In this document: positions 47,871 to 56,631 of the stretch, piece after piece
Layout: every line of letters starts with the position of its first letter
How positions within the stretch are numbered: position 1 is the stretch's first letter
From: Flaviflexus sp.
GTDB taxonomy: Bacteria > Actinomycetota > Actinomycetes > Actinomycetales > Actinomycetaceae
Length of the DNA stretch: 64,000 nt
Assembly (NCBI GenBank): GCA_030537635.1
Contig: JAUNVM010000002.1
Location: 47,049 to 111,048 of the forward strand
Direction: 5' to 3'
Notes under the pieces: model-generated
Seen by the model: the letters and a program-made list of their open reading frames with translations, nothing else
The model's database searches: none
What the model was told of the DNA's origin: nothing
Made by a program: the position numbers and the translations under genes

Positions 47871-48802
47871 CGCTCCCCCTCAATCCGGTCGGCCACCCGG
47901 GCCACGGCCGCAGAAAGGTAGTCGTGCGCAAGGCCCGCCTTCTCGGCAAGGTCGGCCACCTGGGATCCCAGGGCCGCGAGCTCAGTCCGATTGCCGGCGG
48001 CGACGTCCCGGGCGAGGGAGGAGGTGGAGTCGGGCTCGAGGCTGCGCAGCAGCGACATGACCGACTCGGCACTCACATTCGCCCCGGACCGAGCCGCAAG
48101 CGCGGCCACCTCGGCCACGAGTCCCTCGGCAAACTCGGACTCGGCGGACAGGGCCTGCCCAATGGTGGAGCCGGTACCCGCGGTGAGCAGGGCGAGCGGG
48201 GATAGCATGGACAGCTTCTCCCACAGCACCTGCTCCTCGGTGCCGCCCTTGGCCACGTTGAAGCCGGCGGCGATGAGGGAACGTGCCACCGGGCCGTCCC
48301 AGGCCGCCTCGGGAATGACAATGAGGGATTGCGGGGTGTGCTGGACGATGACGCCGGGCTCGGTGCGCTCGGCAAAGATTCGGATTGAGCCGCACGCAGC
48401 GGTGGGGTCCATGGCCGCCACCTGCTCAATGTGGGCGACGCCATTGCACAGCGCGATGACCTGGGTGGGCTTGGCCGCCGCCACGGATTCGGCGATCTCG
48501 GGCAGCGAGTAGGCCTTCGTGGCGATAATGATTGCGGAGCCGGGGCTCGGCTCGGTGACCGCCGGGATCTTGGCGGTGAACTCACCGAACTGGGCGGAGC
48601 GGACCCGTAGCCCGCGCTCGGCGATGATGCTGGCGGTAGAGGGCCTGGCCACGACCTGGACGGGAATGCTCGCCTGGAAGAGGGCACCGGCAACGATGCC
48701 GCCCACTCCTCCCGGGCCAATGATCGACATGGTTGAGCTCATGACTTCCAGCCTACCGGCGCCGGCGAGCTTGACCGGTGACTTCCCCAGATGATCACGC
48801 AA
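47867..48802 (-). CDS. Ketopantoate reductase (ApbA/PanE) family oxidoreductase
   Basis: MSIIGPGGVGGIVAG Rossmann motif and an ApbA-like C-terminal helical domain. The true start may be an internal Met (MSSTMSII). Confidence 0.65.
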   Translation of the reverse strand: MRDHLGKSPVKLAGAGRLEVMSSTMSIIGPGGVGGIVAGALFQASIPVQVVARPSTASIIAERGLRVRSAQFGEFTAKIPAVTEPSPGSAIIIATKAYSLPEIAESVAAAKPTQVIALCNGVAHIEQVAAMDPTAACGSIRIFAERTEPGVIVQHTPQSLIVIPEAAWDGPVARSLIAAGFNVAKGGTEEQVLWEKLSMLSPLALLTAGTGSTIGQALSAESEFAEGLVAEVAALAARSGANVSAESVMSLLRSLEPDSTSSLARDVAAGNRTELAALGSQVADLAEKAGLAHDYLSAAVARVADRIEGER

Positions 48803-48846
48803 CTGGCGAAACGCCCGCTATGATGTGAACACAAGCACACGAGGAG

Positions 48847-49764
48847 GTGAGTGTGAACCTAGCGCAGTTCCGGGAGGCGGTCAATCACTCCTTCGTTCCG
48901 CTCGAGATTGAAACCGATGACCCGAACTTCAGCGGGGAGATCACCGAGGTGCGCGCCTCCGGCGCCGCCTTCGTGGCCGTGCGCGCCGATCCTCACATCG
49001 TGCATCGCACCGCCTCACTCACCCGCGCATCCCCGCATTCGGCCTTCAAGATTTCCCTCCAGCTTGAGGGCTGTTCGGTGATGCGGCAGGCGGGCCGGGA
49101 GGTTCCCCAGGAGCCTGGCGATCTCGTTGCCTACGACACCTCCCAGCCCTACGAGCTGCACTTCCCGACCCGCTTCGCGGTCATGGTCATCCAAATCCCG
49201 CACGAGCGGATCCGGGTCCCCCAGCACCTGCACCACACGATGATCGCCACCCGGCTCACCGGAGCCGAGGGCCTCGGCCGCATCGTCTCGCCCTTCCTCA
49301 CCTCCATCGCTTCCAACATGGGAGAGCTGGAGGGGCCCTCCGGGGAGCTACTTGCCCATGGCGCAGTCGACCTCTTGCACTCCCTGCTCCTGGCCCAGGT
49401 TGATGGTGATGAGGTTGCGGCCGATCCGCACCACCGGATCCTCCTCGCCGCCTACGACTTCATCGACGCAAATCTGCGCTCCCCGGCGCTGCGACCCGAG
49501 GCGGTGGCCCGAGCCGTCCACGTCTCGGTGCGCCACCTGCACTCGATCTTCTCCCGCCAATCCGTCTCGGTTTCGGCCTACATTCGCTCCCGCCGCCTGG
49601 AAAAGTGCTATCTCGATCTCACCAATCCGGCGCTCGCCGACCGGTCCGTTGCCGCAATTGGCGCCTCCTGGGGCTTTCCCGAGGCCGCCCACTTCTCCCG
49701 CACCTTTAAAAAGGCCTACGGTATTTCCCCCTCCCGGGCGAGGTCTCGCTCCGAGGCCCCGTAG
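48847..49764 (+). CDS. AraC family transcriptional regulator
   Basis: C-terminal double HTH (AVARAVHVSVRHLHSIF..; GASWGFPEAAHFSRTFKKAYGISP). Divergent from the oxidoreductase/GNAT/protease operon. Confidence 0.85.
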   Translation: MSVNLAQFREAVNHSFVPLEIETDDPNFSGEITEVRASGAAFVAVRADPHIVHRTASLTRASPHSAFKISLQLEGCSVMRQAGREVPQEPGDLVAYDTSQPYELHFPTRFAVMVIQIPHERIRVPQHLHHTMIATRLTGAEGLGRIVSPFLTSIASNMGELEGPSGELLAHGAVDLLHSLLLAQVDGDEVAADPHHRILLAAYDFIDANLRSPALRPEAVARAVHVSVRHLHSIFSRQSVSVSAYIRSRRLEKCYLDLTNPALADRSVAAIGASWGFPEAAHFSRTFKKAYGISPSRARSRSEAP

Positions 49765-49801
49765 CATTGCCCAGCGCCTCGACGCGGCTAAGCTTGAGGC
49801 C

Positions 49802-50650
49802 ATGATCCACCTCGTTGCCAGCTCCGACGGCCTCAAGGGCTCCGCCCTGCCTGCGGTTGTGCGCCTCACCGACCTGCTGGGCGAACGCGGATTCGATGTC
49901 ACCCGGTCCCGCAACCTCATCGCTCCCGCCCCGGGAGAGCCGGCCAGCCCGGCGAGCGAGCGCGCCGAGGAGATCAACCGGGCACGAATCGAGGGTCGCC
50001 TGGTGATCGACCTGTCCGGAGGAAATCGCGCCAATGAGATTCTGCCCGACCTGCGCATCGGTCCCGGGCCCGCCATCATGGGGTATTCGGATCTCACCGC
50101 CGTGCTTCTCGCCTATGCGCCGCAACGCCCCACCATTTGGTTCCAGGCCGGACACATCCTCGCCGGCGGCCCCACGGCCGACTTCCTCGCCCTGCTCGCC
50201 GGGACGAGTCAGGCCCTTCTCGAACCGCGAGTCCGGCACGCCGCCGGGCCGCGTGCCCAGGTCGAGGGCAGGCTCCTCGGCGGCAACACCCGCTGCCTGC
50301 TCAAGCTGGCCGGCACCCCCTACTTCCCCGATCTTGACGGGCACATCCTCCTTCTCGAGGGGCGCACCTCCGATCCGGCCACCCTCATCCCCCAGCTTGC
50401 ACAACTGCGGCAGATGGGAGCCTTTGAGCGCCCAAGCGCCCTCGTGCTCGGCACCTTCACCACCTTCGAAGCCGAACACAGCACCGGTGAGCTCATCGAG
50501 CTCGTCCGCTCCGCCACCGGACCCCATCTGCCCATCTACCGCACCGAGGACATCGGCCACGCGAAGACAGCCGGAGGGGCCGCCCTGGGGGCGCACTATC
50601 GCCTCGGCGATGACATGAAGCTGGTCGAGACCGTCAATCTGTGGAGCTAG
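49802..50650 (+). CDS. S66 family LD-carboxypeptidase (LdcA/MccF-like)
   Basis: From ATG 49802: IMGYSDLTAVLL (Ser nucleophile GxSDxT), LLLEGRT (Glu) and EDIGHAKT (His). The upstream part of ORF 49352 overlaps the AraC gene in another frame. Confidence 0.7.
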   Translation: MIHLVASSDGLKGSALPAVVRLTDLLGERGFDVTRSRNLIAPAPGEPASPASERAEEINRARIEGRLVIDLSGGNRANEILPDLRIGPGPAIMGYSDLTAVLLAYAPQRPTIWFQAGHILAGGPTADFLALLAGTSQALLEPRVRHAAGPRAQVEGRLLGGNTRCLLKLAGTPYFPDLDGHILLLEGRTSDPATLIPQLAQLRQMGAFERPSALVLGTFTTFEAEHSTGELIELVRSATGPHLPIYRTEDIGHAKTAGGAALGAHYRLGDDMKLVETVNLWS

Positions 50651-50769
50651 CCTCCAGCGCAGGTAATCCCCCGCTGGCTCCTGACAGCCGAGCATCCGGC
50701 AACACTCCCTGGCCAACGGTCACCGCCAGCCTGACGCCGACCACCGCCGGCCGAGGCGCCACCCGGCGC

Positions 50770-51255
50770 CTAGTGAAGGTGGGCGATAACCTCGTCGTAG
50801 TTCGGCTCGGTGCCGATCTCGGGAACCACCTGGCTGTAGGAGATCTCGCCACCCGCCTCGATGATGAGGACGGCCCGGGCGAGCAGCCCGGTCAGCGGTC
50901 CTGAATCCATGAGCAGGCCGTAGTCCCGGCCGAAGCTCGAACGAAAGGCCGATCCCACGCGGACCCGGTCAATCCCCTCCGCCCCGCAGAACCGGCCAAG
51001 TGCAAACGGGAGATCATTGGAGATGCACAGGACGGTCGTGTCCGGCAGTTCGGAGGCCAGCTGGTTGAATCGGCGCACCGAGGCAGCGCACACCCCGGTG
51101 TCGATCGAGGGGAAGACGCTGAGGATGCGACGGCCGGGAATGTCACCGAGACGGAAATCCGTGAGCTCGGCATCGACAAAGGTGGCATCGGGGGCGGGCG
51201 AGGCTGGCAGGTCACCGACGGTGGTGACCGGCACTCCGCGACGGGTCAATTTCAT
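50770..51255 (-). CDS. tpx: Thiol peroxidase (atypical 2-Cys peroxiredoxin)
   Basis: From ATG 51255: ILSVFPSIDTGVCAASVRRFN (peroxidatic Cys) and ISNDLPFALGRFCGAEG (resolving Cys). Confidence 0.9.
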   Translation of the reverse strand: MKLTRRGVPVTTVGDLPASPAPDATFVDAELTDFRLGDIPGRRILSVFPSIDTGVCAASVRRFNQLASELPDTTVLCISNDLPFALGRFCGAEGIDRVRVGSAFRSSFGRDYGLLMDSGPLTGLLARAVLIIEAGGEISYSQVVPEIGTEPNYDEVIAHLH

Positions 51256-51369
51256 ATCTATATTGTTCCTCGCTCGCGGTGGTGCCACAAGCGGGAACCG
51301 GAACCTCATGGGACGTCGTTTGCCGCCGGGCTTAGCATCTGTGTCCCCCACCCCCGGTATGGTCGAATC

Positions 51370-52485
51370 ATGGAACCACTGTCCTTCATTCACAGCTCCG
51401 ATTGGCAGATCGGCATGCGGTTGAAGTCTCGCCTCGACGAGCGCCAGCGCGTGCGGTATGCCGATGCCCGAATCGCGGTCATCGATGCCATTGGCCGGCT
51501 CGCGGCTGAGCAGAAGGCTTCCTTCGTTCTCGTGGCCGGTGATGTCTACGAGCATCCCCACATCGCCGCCGATGAGCTGGCGCCCTCGCTGGAGGCGATG
51601 GGCCGCATCGGCGTGCCCGTCTATCTGCTGCCGGGCAATCACGATCCGCTCAACCACCACGGGATCTGGACCTCGGCGGCCTTTGCGGACCACCGTCCCG
51701 ACAATGTCACGGTGCTGGACGGCACCCCGATTGACCGGGAGGACTGCCAGATCATCAGCGCGCCGTGGCGGGCCAAGAATCCCGGCACGGATCCCGTCGC
51801 GGCCGCCCTTGCAGACCTGGCTCCCATCGACAAGCCCCGTATTCTCGTTGGCCACGGCATGCTCGACTCGATCGATCCGGATTCGCATTCACTCGACTCG
51901 GTGCACCTGGCACCCCTGCTCGAGGCGGTCAAGGCCGACCTCCTTAACTACGTGGCTCTCGGCGACCGTCATATCGCCGCCGGGGAGGACGAGATTGGCG
52001 ATGACACCGGGCGGATCTGGTACTCGGGCACCCCGGAGACCACCAGCTGGCGAGAAAAAACCCGCGGAACCGCGCTCTCGGTCCATCTCACAGACCGAGC
52101 CCAGGTCACCACCCACACCGTGGGACGCTGGCTGCACCTCGAACTCGAGCGGGAGCTCACCGGCGCGGAGGACGTGACGGCTCTCGATGAGCGGCTCGGC
52201 TCCCAGGACAGCAAGTCGACCACGATTGCCCGGGTCAAGCTCTCCGGTGGACTCGGGGCCGAGCAGGATGCCCGACTGTCAAGCATCCTGCACAAGCACG
52301 CCAATAGCTACGCCGCGCTCCTACGCCCCGAGAAGTATGACAAGCTCGTCCTCATTCCGGGGGATGAGGGACACTTCGGCCTATCCGGCTTTGCGGCGGA
52401 GGCACTCGATGAGCTACGAGAAAGCAGCGATCCCGCGGCCCGCGATGCCATTCGGCTGCTGTACCGCCTGAGCGAGAGGAACTGA
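51370..52485 (+). CDS. Metallophosphoesterase, SbcD/YhaO-like nuclease subunit
   Basis: FIHSSDWQIG, LVAGDVYE, LLPGNHDP and VGHGM are calcineurin-like phosphoesterase motifs I-IV. Confidence 0.75.
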   Translation: MEPLSFIHSSDWQIGMRLKSRLDERQRVRYADARIAVIDAIGRLAAEQKASFVLVAGDVYEHPHIAADELAPSLEAMGRIGVPVYLLPGNHDPLNHHGIWTSAAFADHRPDNVTVLDGTPIDREDCQIISAPWRAKNPGTDPVAAALADLAPIDKPRILVGHGMLDSIDPDSHSLDSVHLAPLLEAVKADLLNYVALGDRHIAAGEDEIGDDTGRIWYSGTPETTSWREKTRGTALSVHLTDRAQVTTHTVGRWLHLELERELTGAEDVTALDERLGSQDSKSTTIARVKLSGGLGAEQDARLSSILHKHANSYAALLRPEKYDKLVLIPGDEGHFGLSGFAAEALDELRESSDPAARDAIRLLYRLSERN

Positions 52486-52486
52486 C

Positions 52487-55087
52487 ATGCAGCTCCACCG
52501 ACTCACCCTCACCAATGTCCGCTCCATCAGCGATGTCTCAGTGGAGTTCGGCGAGAACATCACCATCATCTCCGGGCCGAATGAGGTCGGAAAGTCCACG
52601 CTGATTGAAGCCTTTGACGAGCTCATCAGCACAAAATCTCGCTCCGCCAAGCGCACGATTCGCGACATGCAGCCAGTGGGCAAGGATGTCGGGCCTCGCG
52701 TCGAGGCGGTCTTCACCATCGGCGGCCGGAAGGTGCGCTACGTCAAGCAATGGCTCAAGGACGAGGAAACCGTCCTCGAGTTCCTCGATCGGTCCGAAGA
52801 CACGGTCACCGGGGACGCCGCTCATGATCGGGCCACCGCGCTCTGGGCGGACATGGACGAGACCCTGTGGGAGGCCTCCCGGATCCTCCAGGGAGTGGCA
52901 ATCTCCAATGCCGCCCTCGATGAGTCCCGGGCCCTGCGTGCCGCGCTCGACTCCCAGGCCGGCCGGGCCGCAAACCTCAACGATGACGAGGGCGATACCA
53001 TCGTCGACCGGGTTCGCGACGAGGTGGCCAAGTATTACACGCCATCGCGCAAGAGCTTCACCAAGGACACCACCGAGGTGGCCAACCGTAAGGAGGAGGC
53101 CGCCCGCGATCTCGCCGAGGCACAAAGCGAGCTTCGGGCGCTCGAGGACCTCATGGACGAGGCGGACCGCGCCAAGGAGAGGGCCGCGTCTGCGCTCGCC
53201 GATCTCACCCGCGCCAAGGCCGAGGTGGCCCGACTCAGCGAGGAAACCGAAACCGCACAGGAGGCGGCCGAAGCGGTCGAGGAGGCCCGCCGAGGCCTGG
53301 CCGATGCCACCCGAGATCGGGAAGAGGCTCAGCGTCGGCAGACCGAGCGGACCGAGCTTGTCTCCGCCCTCGCTGAGATTCAAGCCGAACTCGATAACAC
53401 CGAGACCGAGCTGACGGCCGCCCAGGAGGCGCGCGACGCCGCCAAGATGAAGAATGACGAGGCCGACACCGCCAGCACCGCCGCGGAGGACGCAGCCGAG
53501 GCAGCCACGGCCGCACTCGAAGCCGCTCGCCGCCGGGAACGGCGGACCATGCGGGCTCGCGAGCTTGCCGAGCTCGGCGACAGGATCGCGCTTGCGGACC
53601 GCCTCGATGAGGAGATCGCGCAGCTGCGCGCCGTCGAACAGGCCGTGAGTGCCGCCCAGGCAAAGAAGATCGAGAAGCTCGCCACCGAGCTTGCCGTGGA
53701 AGAAAAGGTTGCCGGCCGAGCGCCGAGTATCGCGCTCACCGGACTTGCCACGGGCGATATCCTCATCGACGGGGAAAGCCGCACTCTCAGCGAAGGACAC
53801 ACCGATGAGCGCCAGCTCACCGATCCTCTCGATATTGAGGTTCCCGGCAGGCTCCGGATCACCGTCGATCCCGGGACGCGGTCCTCGGAAAACAAGGAAA
53901 TCACCGCGCTGCGTCGGAAGCTCGACAAGGCACTGAAGACGGTGAATGCCGCGAGCGTCGACGAGGCCCTCGAGCTGCGCGCGGCCGATGAAGAGCGCGA
54001 GCGCAAGCTCGCGGAGAAGGAGTCCGAGCGCAGCCGGGTCTTCTCCTCCGCCAAGGATGCTGACGAAACGTCCTGCCGCGAGCGCCTCCTCGTCCTGCGC
54101 GCCGAGGCCGGGGAACCGGCGGAGGATGCCGAGGAGGATGTGGCGAGCATCGAGGACCTTGAGAAGCTGGCCGAGCAGACCGCCAAGGAACTCTCGACAG
54201 CCCGTGCGGCACTTACCCGCCAGGGTAAGAAGCTCGAGGAAGCAACTCGGACCTACGCGATCGTTGAGACCCGCCTGGAAAGCAAGCGTCGCGAGGCAGA
54301 AAAGGCTGAGGAGAAGCTCGCCCGGGCACGCGAGGTGGCGGATGATGAGCAGCTGGCGGAGCAGCTGACGGCCGCCACCACCGAGGCCGAGGCCGCCACC
54401 AAGCGTCTCGAGGCGGCCGACGAGGCCTTCGAGGAGGTCGGCGGCACGGGGGCGATCAAGGCGCTTGACAGCGCCCGCATCAACTGCGAAGGCCTCGCGG
54501 ATATTCACGCCACCCACGACAAGAAGTACACCCAGTGCGAGGCGCAGCTACAGGCCTTGAAGAAGGACGAGATCCAGCGCCGCTACGATCAAGCTCTGGT
54601 CGACGACGAGGCGGCCGACCGAGCCTGGACGAGCCTGGCTGGCCGGGCGCGCGCCGCGAAGCTCCTCGAGGAGGTCCTGCTCGACAAGCAGGCTGCGGCC
54701 CGCGCCCGCTACGTGGCCCCGCTGCGGGAGAAGATTAACGAGCTCGGGCGCCGCGCCATGCGCAACGAGAGTTTCGCGGTCGACATCGATGACAGCCTCA
54801 CCATCGCGGCCCGCGAGCTCGATGGCGTGCGAGTCCGCTTCGATCAGCTCTCCACCGGCGCCCAAGAGCAGCTAGCCATCCTCACCCGGATCGCGGTCGG
54901 CTCCCTGGTCGGCAGCGACGGCGGGGTTCCCATCATGCTCGATGACACGCTGGGCCATTCCGATCCGGAGCGGCTGCGCCAGGTCACCGAGGTTCTGGGA
55001 CAGCAGACGGACTGCCAAATCATCATCCTCACGGCGACCGACCGGCGCTTCGCCATGATCCCGCATGCCACCCGCATCTCCCTCTGA
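52487..55087 (+). CDS. SMC/Rad50-like AAA ATPase (SbcC/YhaN-like) without a CxxC zinc hook
   Basis: Walker A GPNEVGKST, a long Ala/Glu-rich coiled coil, signature LSTGAQEQL and Walker B IMLDDTLGHSD. It starts 1 nt after the nuclease stop. Confidence 0.8.
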   Translation: MQLHRLTLTNVRSISDVSVEFGENITIISGPNEVGKSTLIEAFDELISTKSRSAKRTIRDMQPVGKDVGPRVEAVFTIGGRKVRYVKQWLKDEETVLEFLDRSEDTVTGDAAHDRATALWADMDETLWEASRILQGVAISNAALDESRALRAALDSQAGRAANLNDDEGDTIVDRVRDEVAKYYTPSRKSFTKDTTEVANRKEEAARDLAEAQSELRALEDLMDEADRAKERAASALADLTRAKAEVARLSEETETAQEAAEAVEEARRGLADATRDREEAQRRQTERTELVSALAEIQAELDNTETELTAAQEARDAAKMKNDEADTASTAAEDAAEAATAALEAARRRERRTMRARELAELGDRIALADRLDEEIAQLRAVEQAVSAAQAKKIEKLATELAVEEKVAGRAPSIALTGLATGDILIDGESRTLSEGHTDERQLTDPLDIEVPGRLRITVDPGTRSSENKEITALRRKLDKALKTVNAASVDEALELRAADEERERKLAEKESERSRVFSSAKDADETSCRERLLVLRAEAGEPAEDAEEDVASIEDLEKLAEQTAKELSTARAALTRQGKKLEEATRTYAIVETRLESKRREAEKAEEKLARAREVADDEQLAEQLTAATTEAEAATKRLEAADEAFEEVGGTGAIKALDSARINCEGLADIHATHDKKYTQCEAQLQALKKDEIQRRYDQALVDDEAADRAWTSLAGRARAAKLLEEVLLDKQAAARARYVAPLREKINELGRRAMRNESFAVDIDDSLTIAARELDGVRVRFDQLSTGAQEQLAILTRIAVGSLVGSDGGVPIMLDDTLGHSDPERLRQVTEVLGQQTDCQIIILTATDRRFAMIPHATRISL

Positions 55088-55901
55088 CTACCGCCGGGCA
55101 GGACTCGATCCCGTTCGTCTGGATCTTGTCCCGGCGGACTCCCTCGCGCAGGGCATCACACTCGCCCTGGCGGCCAAGGGGGCGGCCGATGCTGGGCTGG
55201 TGGATGAGGCGCTGGCTCGCGGCGATGTCATCAACCCCGACACCGGCCCGCTTCAGCCCGGTGATCCCTGGGTAGCTCGGGTGTGGATCCACCGCCCCAT
55301 TCCCGACGAGTGCCATTGGCCGCTGACCGTACTCGACCGGGGCCCCGGCTGGGTGGCCATCGATAAGCCGGCCGGGCTCGCCTGCACCCCGCAGGGGTCA
55401 TTTGTCGCCCGCTCGGTTCTCGTGCAGGCGCGCCGCCAGATCGGCGATCTCAGCCCGGTGCATCGGCTCGACCGAGCAACCTCCGGGGTGCTCCTCCTCG
55501 CCGAGCCCATGGCGAGGGCCGAACTAGGCCGGTGCTTTGCGCGGGGGCAGGTGGAGAAGATCTACGAGCTTATCGCCCCACTGGGTGAGGAGAAGATGGA
55601 GGTGTCCGCTCCGGCCGGGGAACCGGGGCGGGAGCGCCCGGCTCGAACCCGGTTTAGCCTGCTGGATGCCCGGGGCGGGTATGGCCGCTACGAGGCGCGG
55701 CCCGAGGGCGGGAGATTTCATCAGATCCGCCAGCACGCCGCGAAAGCCGGGATCCCCATTGTGGGCGATGGTCGATACGGGCGTGGCCCGGCGGCACCCG
55801 ATCGTATTGAACTGCTCGCGCGTGAGCTGCGCTTGATCCGAGCTAAATGTGGTGAGGAGATCAGGCTGACGAGCCAACAGAGGCTATCTCTGCCCCTATA
55901 G
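55065..55901 (+). CDS. RluA-family pseudouridine synthase
   Basis: WVAIDKPAGL, catalytic HRLDRATSGVLLLA and HQIRQHAAKAGIPIVGDGRYG. The start overlaps the ATPase gene by 23 nt; the start is uncertain. Confidence 0.75.
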   Translation: MPPASPSDYRRAGLDPVRLDLVPADSLAQGITLALAAKGAADAGLVDEALARGDVINPDTGPLQPGDPWVARVWIHRPIPDECHWPLTVLDRGPGWVAIDKPAGLACTPQGSFVARSVLVQARRQIGDLSPVHRLDRATSGVLLLAEPMARAELGRCFARGQVEKIYELIAPLGEEKMEVSAPAGEPGRERPARTRFSLLDARGGYGRYEARPEGGRFHQIRQHAAKAGIPIVGDGRYGRGPAAPDRIELLARELRLIRAKCGEEIRLTSQQRLSLPL

Positions 55902-55909
55902 TTTGAGGG

Positions 55910-56296
55910 GTGAAGGAGAATTTTGCTGATGCCGGAGCCGTGGCCGTCGGTGGCGCGATAGGGGCAGCATTGCGATTTGGAATCCTCACCCTCATTCCCT
56001 TCGCCGACTGGCCGCTCGCCACTTTCCTCACCAATATGGCGGGCTGTCTCATTCTTGGCTTCGTCACCGCCGCGGTCTTCCCGGATGCTCATCCGCGACT
56101 CAAGCTCCTCATCGGCACCGGGCTGCTCGGCGGATTCACGACGTATTCAACGTTCATGGTGGAGACGCTGCACCTGTCCACCCCGCTCGCCTTCAGCTAC
56201 GTGGCGGCCACCATCATCATCGGCCTGGGCGCCGCTCACCTCGGCCTGAGCTGGGGCGAGCGCCGGAGGATCTCAGCGACGGAAGGGGCCGCATGA
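55910..56296 (+). CDS. crcB: Fluoride channel CrcB/FluC, subunit 1
   Basis: GGAIGAALRF..TFLTNMAGCLILGF..GLLGGFTTYSTF. Confidence 0.85.
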   Translation: MKENFADAGAVAVGGAIGAALRFGILTLIPFADWPLATFLTNMAGCLILGFVTAAVFPDAHPRLKLLIGTGLLGGFTTYSTFMVETLHLSTPLAFSYVAATIIIGLGAAHLGLSWGERRRISATEGAA

Positions 56297-56631
56297 TTCT
56301 CGGCTGCGTCATGGTGGGCGGGGCCCTCGGCGCGGTGGGCCGCTGGCAGATTGATCGCCTGGTGAGTGAGCACACGCGCGGGCCCATTCCCTACGGTACG
56401 CTCACCGTCAACATGCTCGGTTGTTTCCTCCTCGGCATGGTGTTCGGCATCGAAACCGCATGGTTGAGGGTCCTCCTGGGGACGGGACTGTGCGGGGCCC
56501 TCACCACCTATTCAACATTCGCCGTTCAGGGTGTGCAGCTGGCTCGCCGACGCCACGGAGTCGCCCACGTCGCCCTGCACGTGGTGGGCGGACTTGCACT
56601 GGCCGCCCTCGGTATGTGGCTCGTAACATGA
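56293..56631 (+). CDS. crcB: Fluoride channel CrcB/FluC, subunit 2
   Basis: GGALGAVGRW..TLTVNMLGCFLLGM..GLCGALTTYSTF. ATGA overlap with the first crcB. Confidence 0.85.
   Translation: MILGCVMVGGALGAVGRWQIDRLVSEHTRGPIPYGTLTVNMLGCFLLGMVFGIETAWLRVLLGTGLCGALTTYSTFAVQGVQLARRRHGVAHVALHVVGGLALAALGMWLVT

Noticed and set aside
52538-54517. 659-aa ORF antisense to the SbcC-like ATPase, and similar long antisense or shadow ORFs at 3320-4567, 4538-5791, 35464-36660, 39033-40088, 41217-42158, 45028-46188 and 60609-62075
   Set aside because: All lie opposite, or out of frame with, genes that carry diagnostic motifs. Their translations are repetitive and Gly/Arg/Pro-rich, typical of non-coding frames in high-GC genomes.
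55850-55909. Possible fluoride (crcB-motif) riboswitch upstream of crcB
   Set aside because: Only a short stretch (GGTGAGGAGATCAGGCTGACGAGCC) loosely resembles parts of the consensus. The AACCGCC-like core and the pseudoknot partners are not evident, and the region lies inside the RluA coding sequence. A covariance-model scan is needed to settle it.
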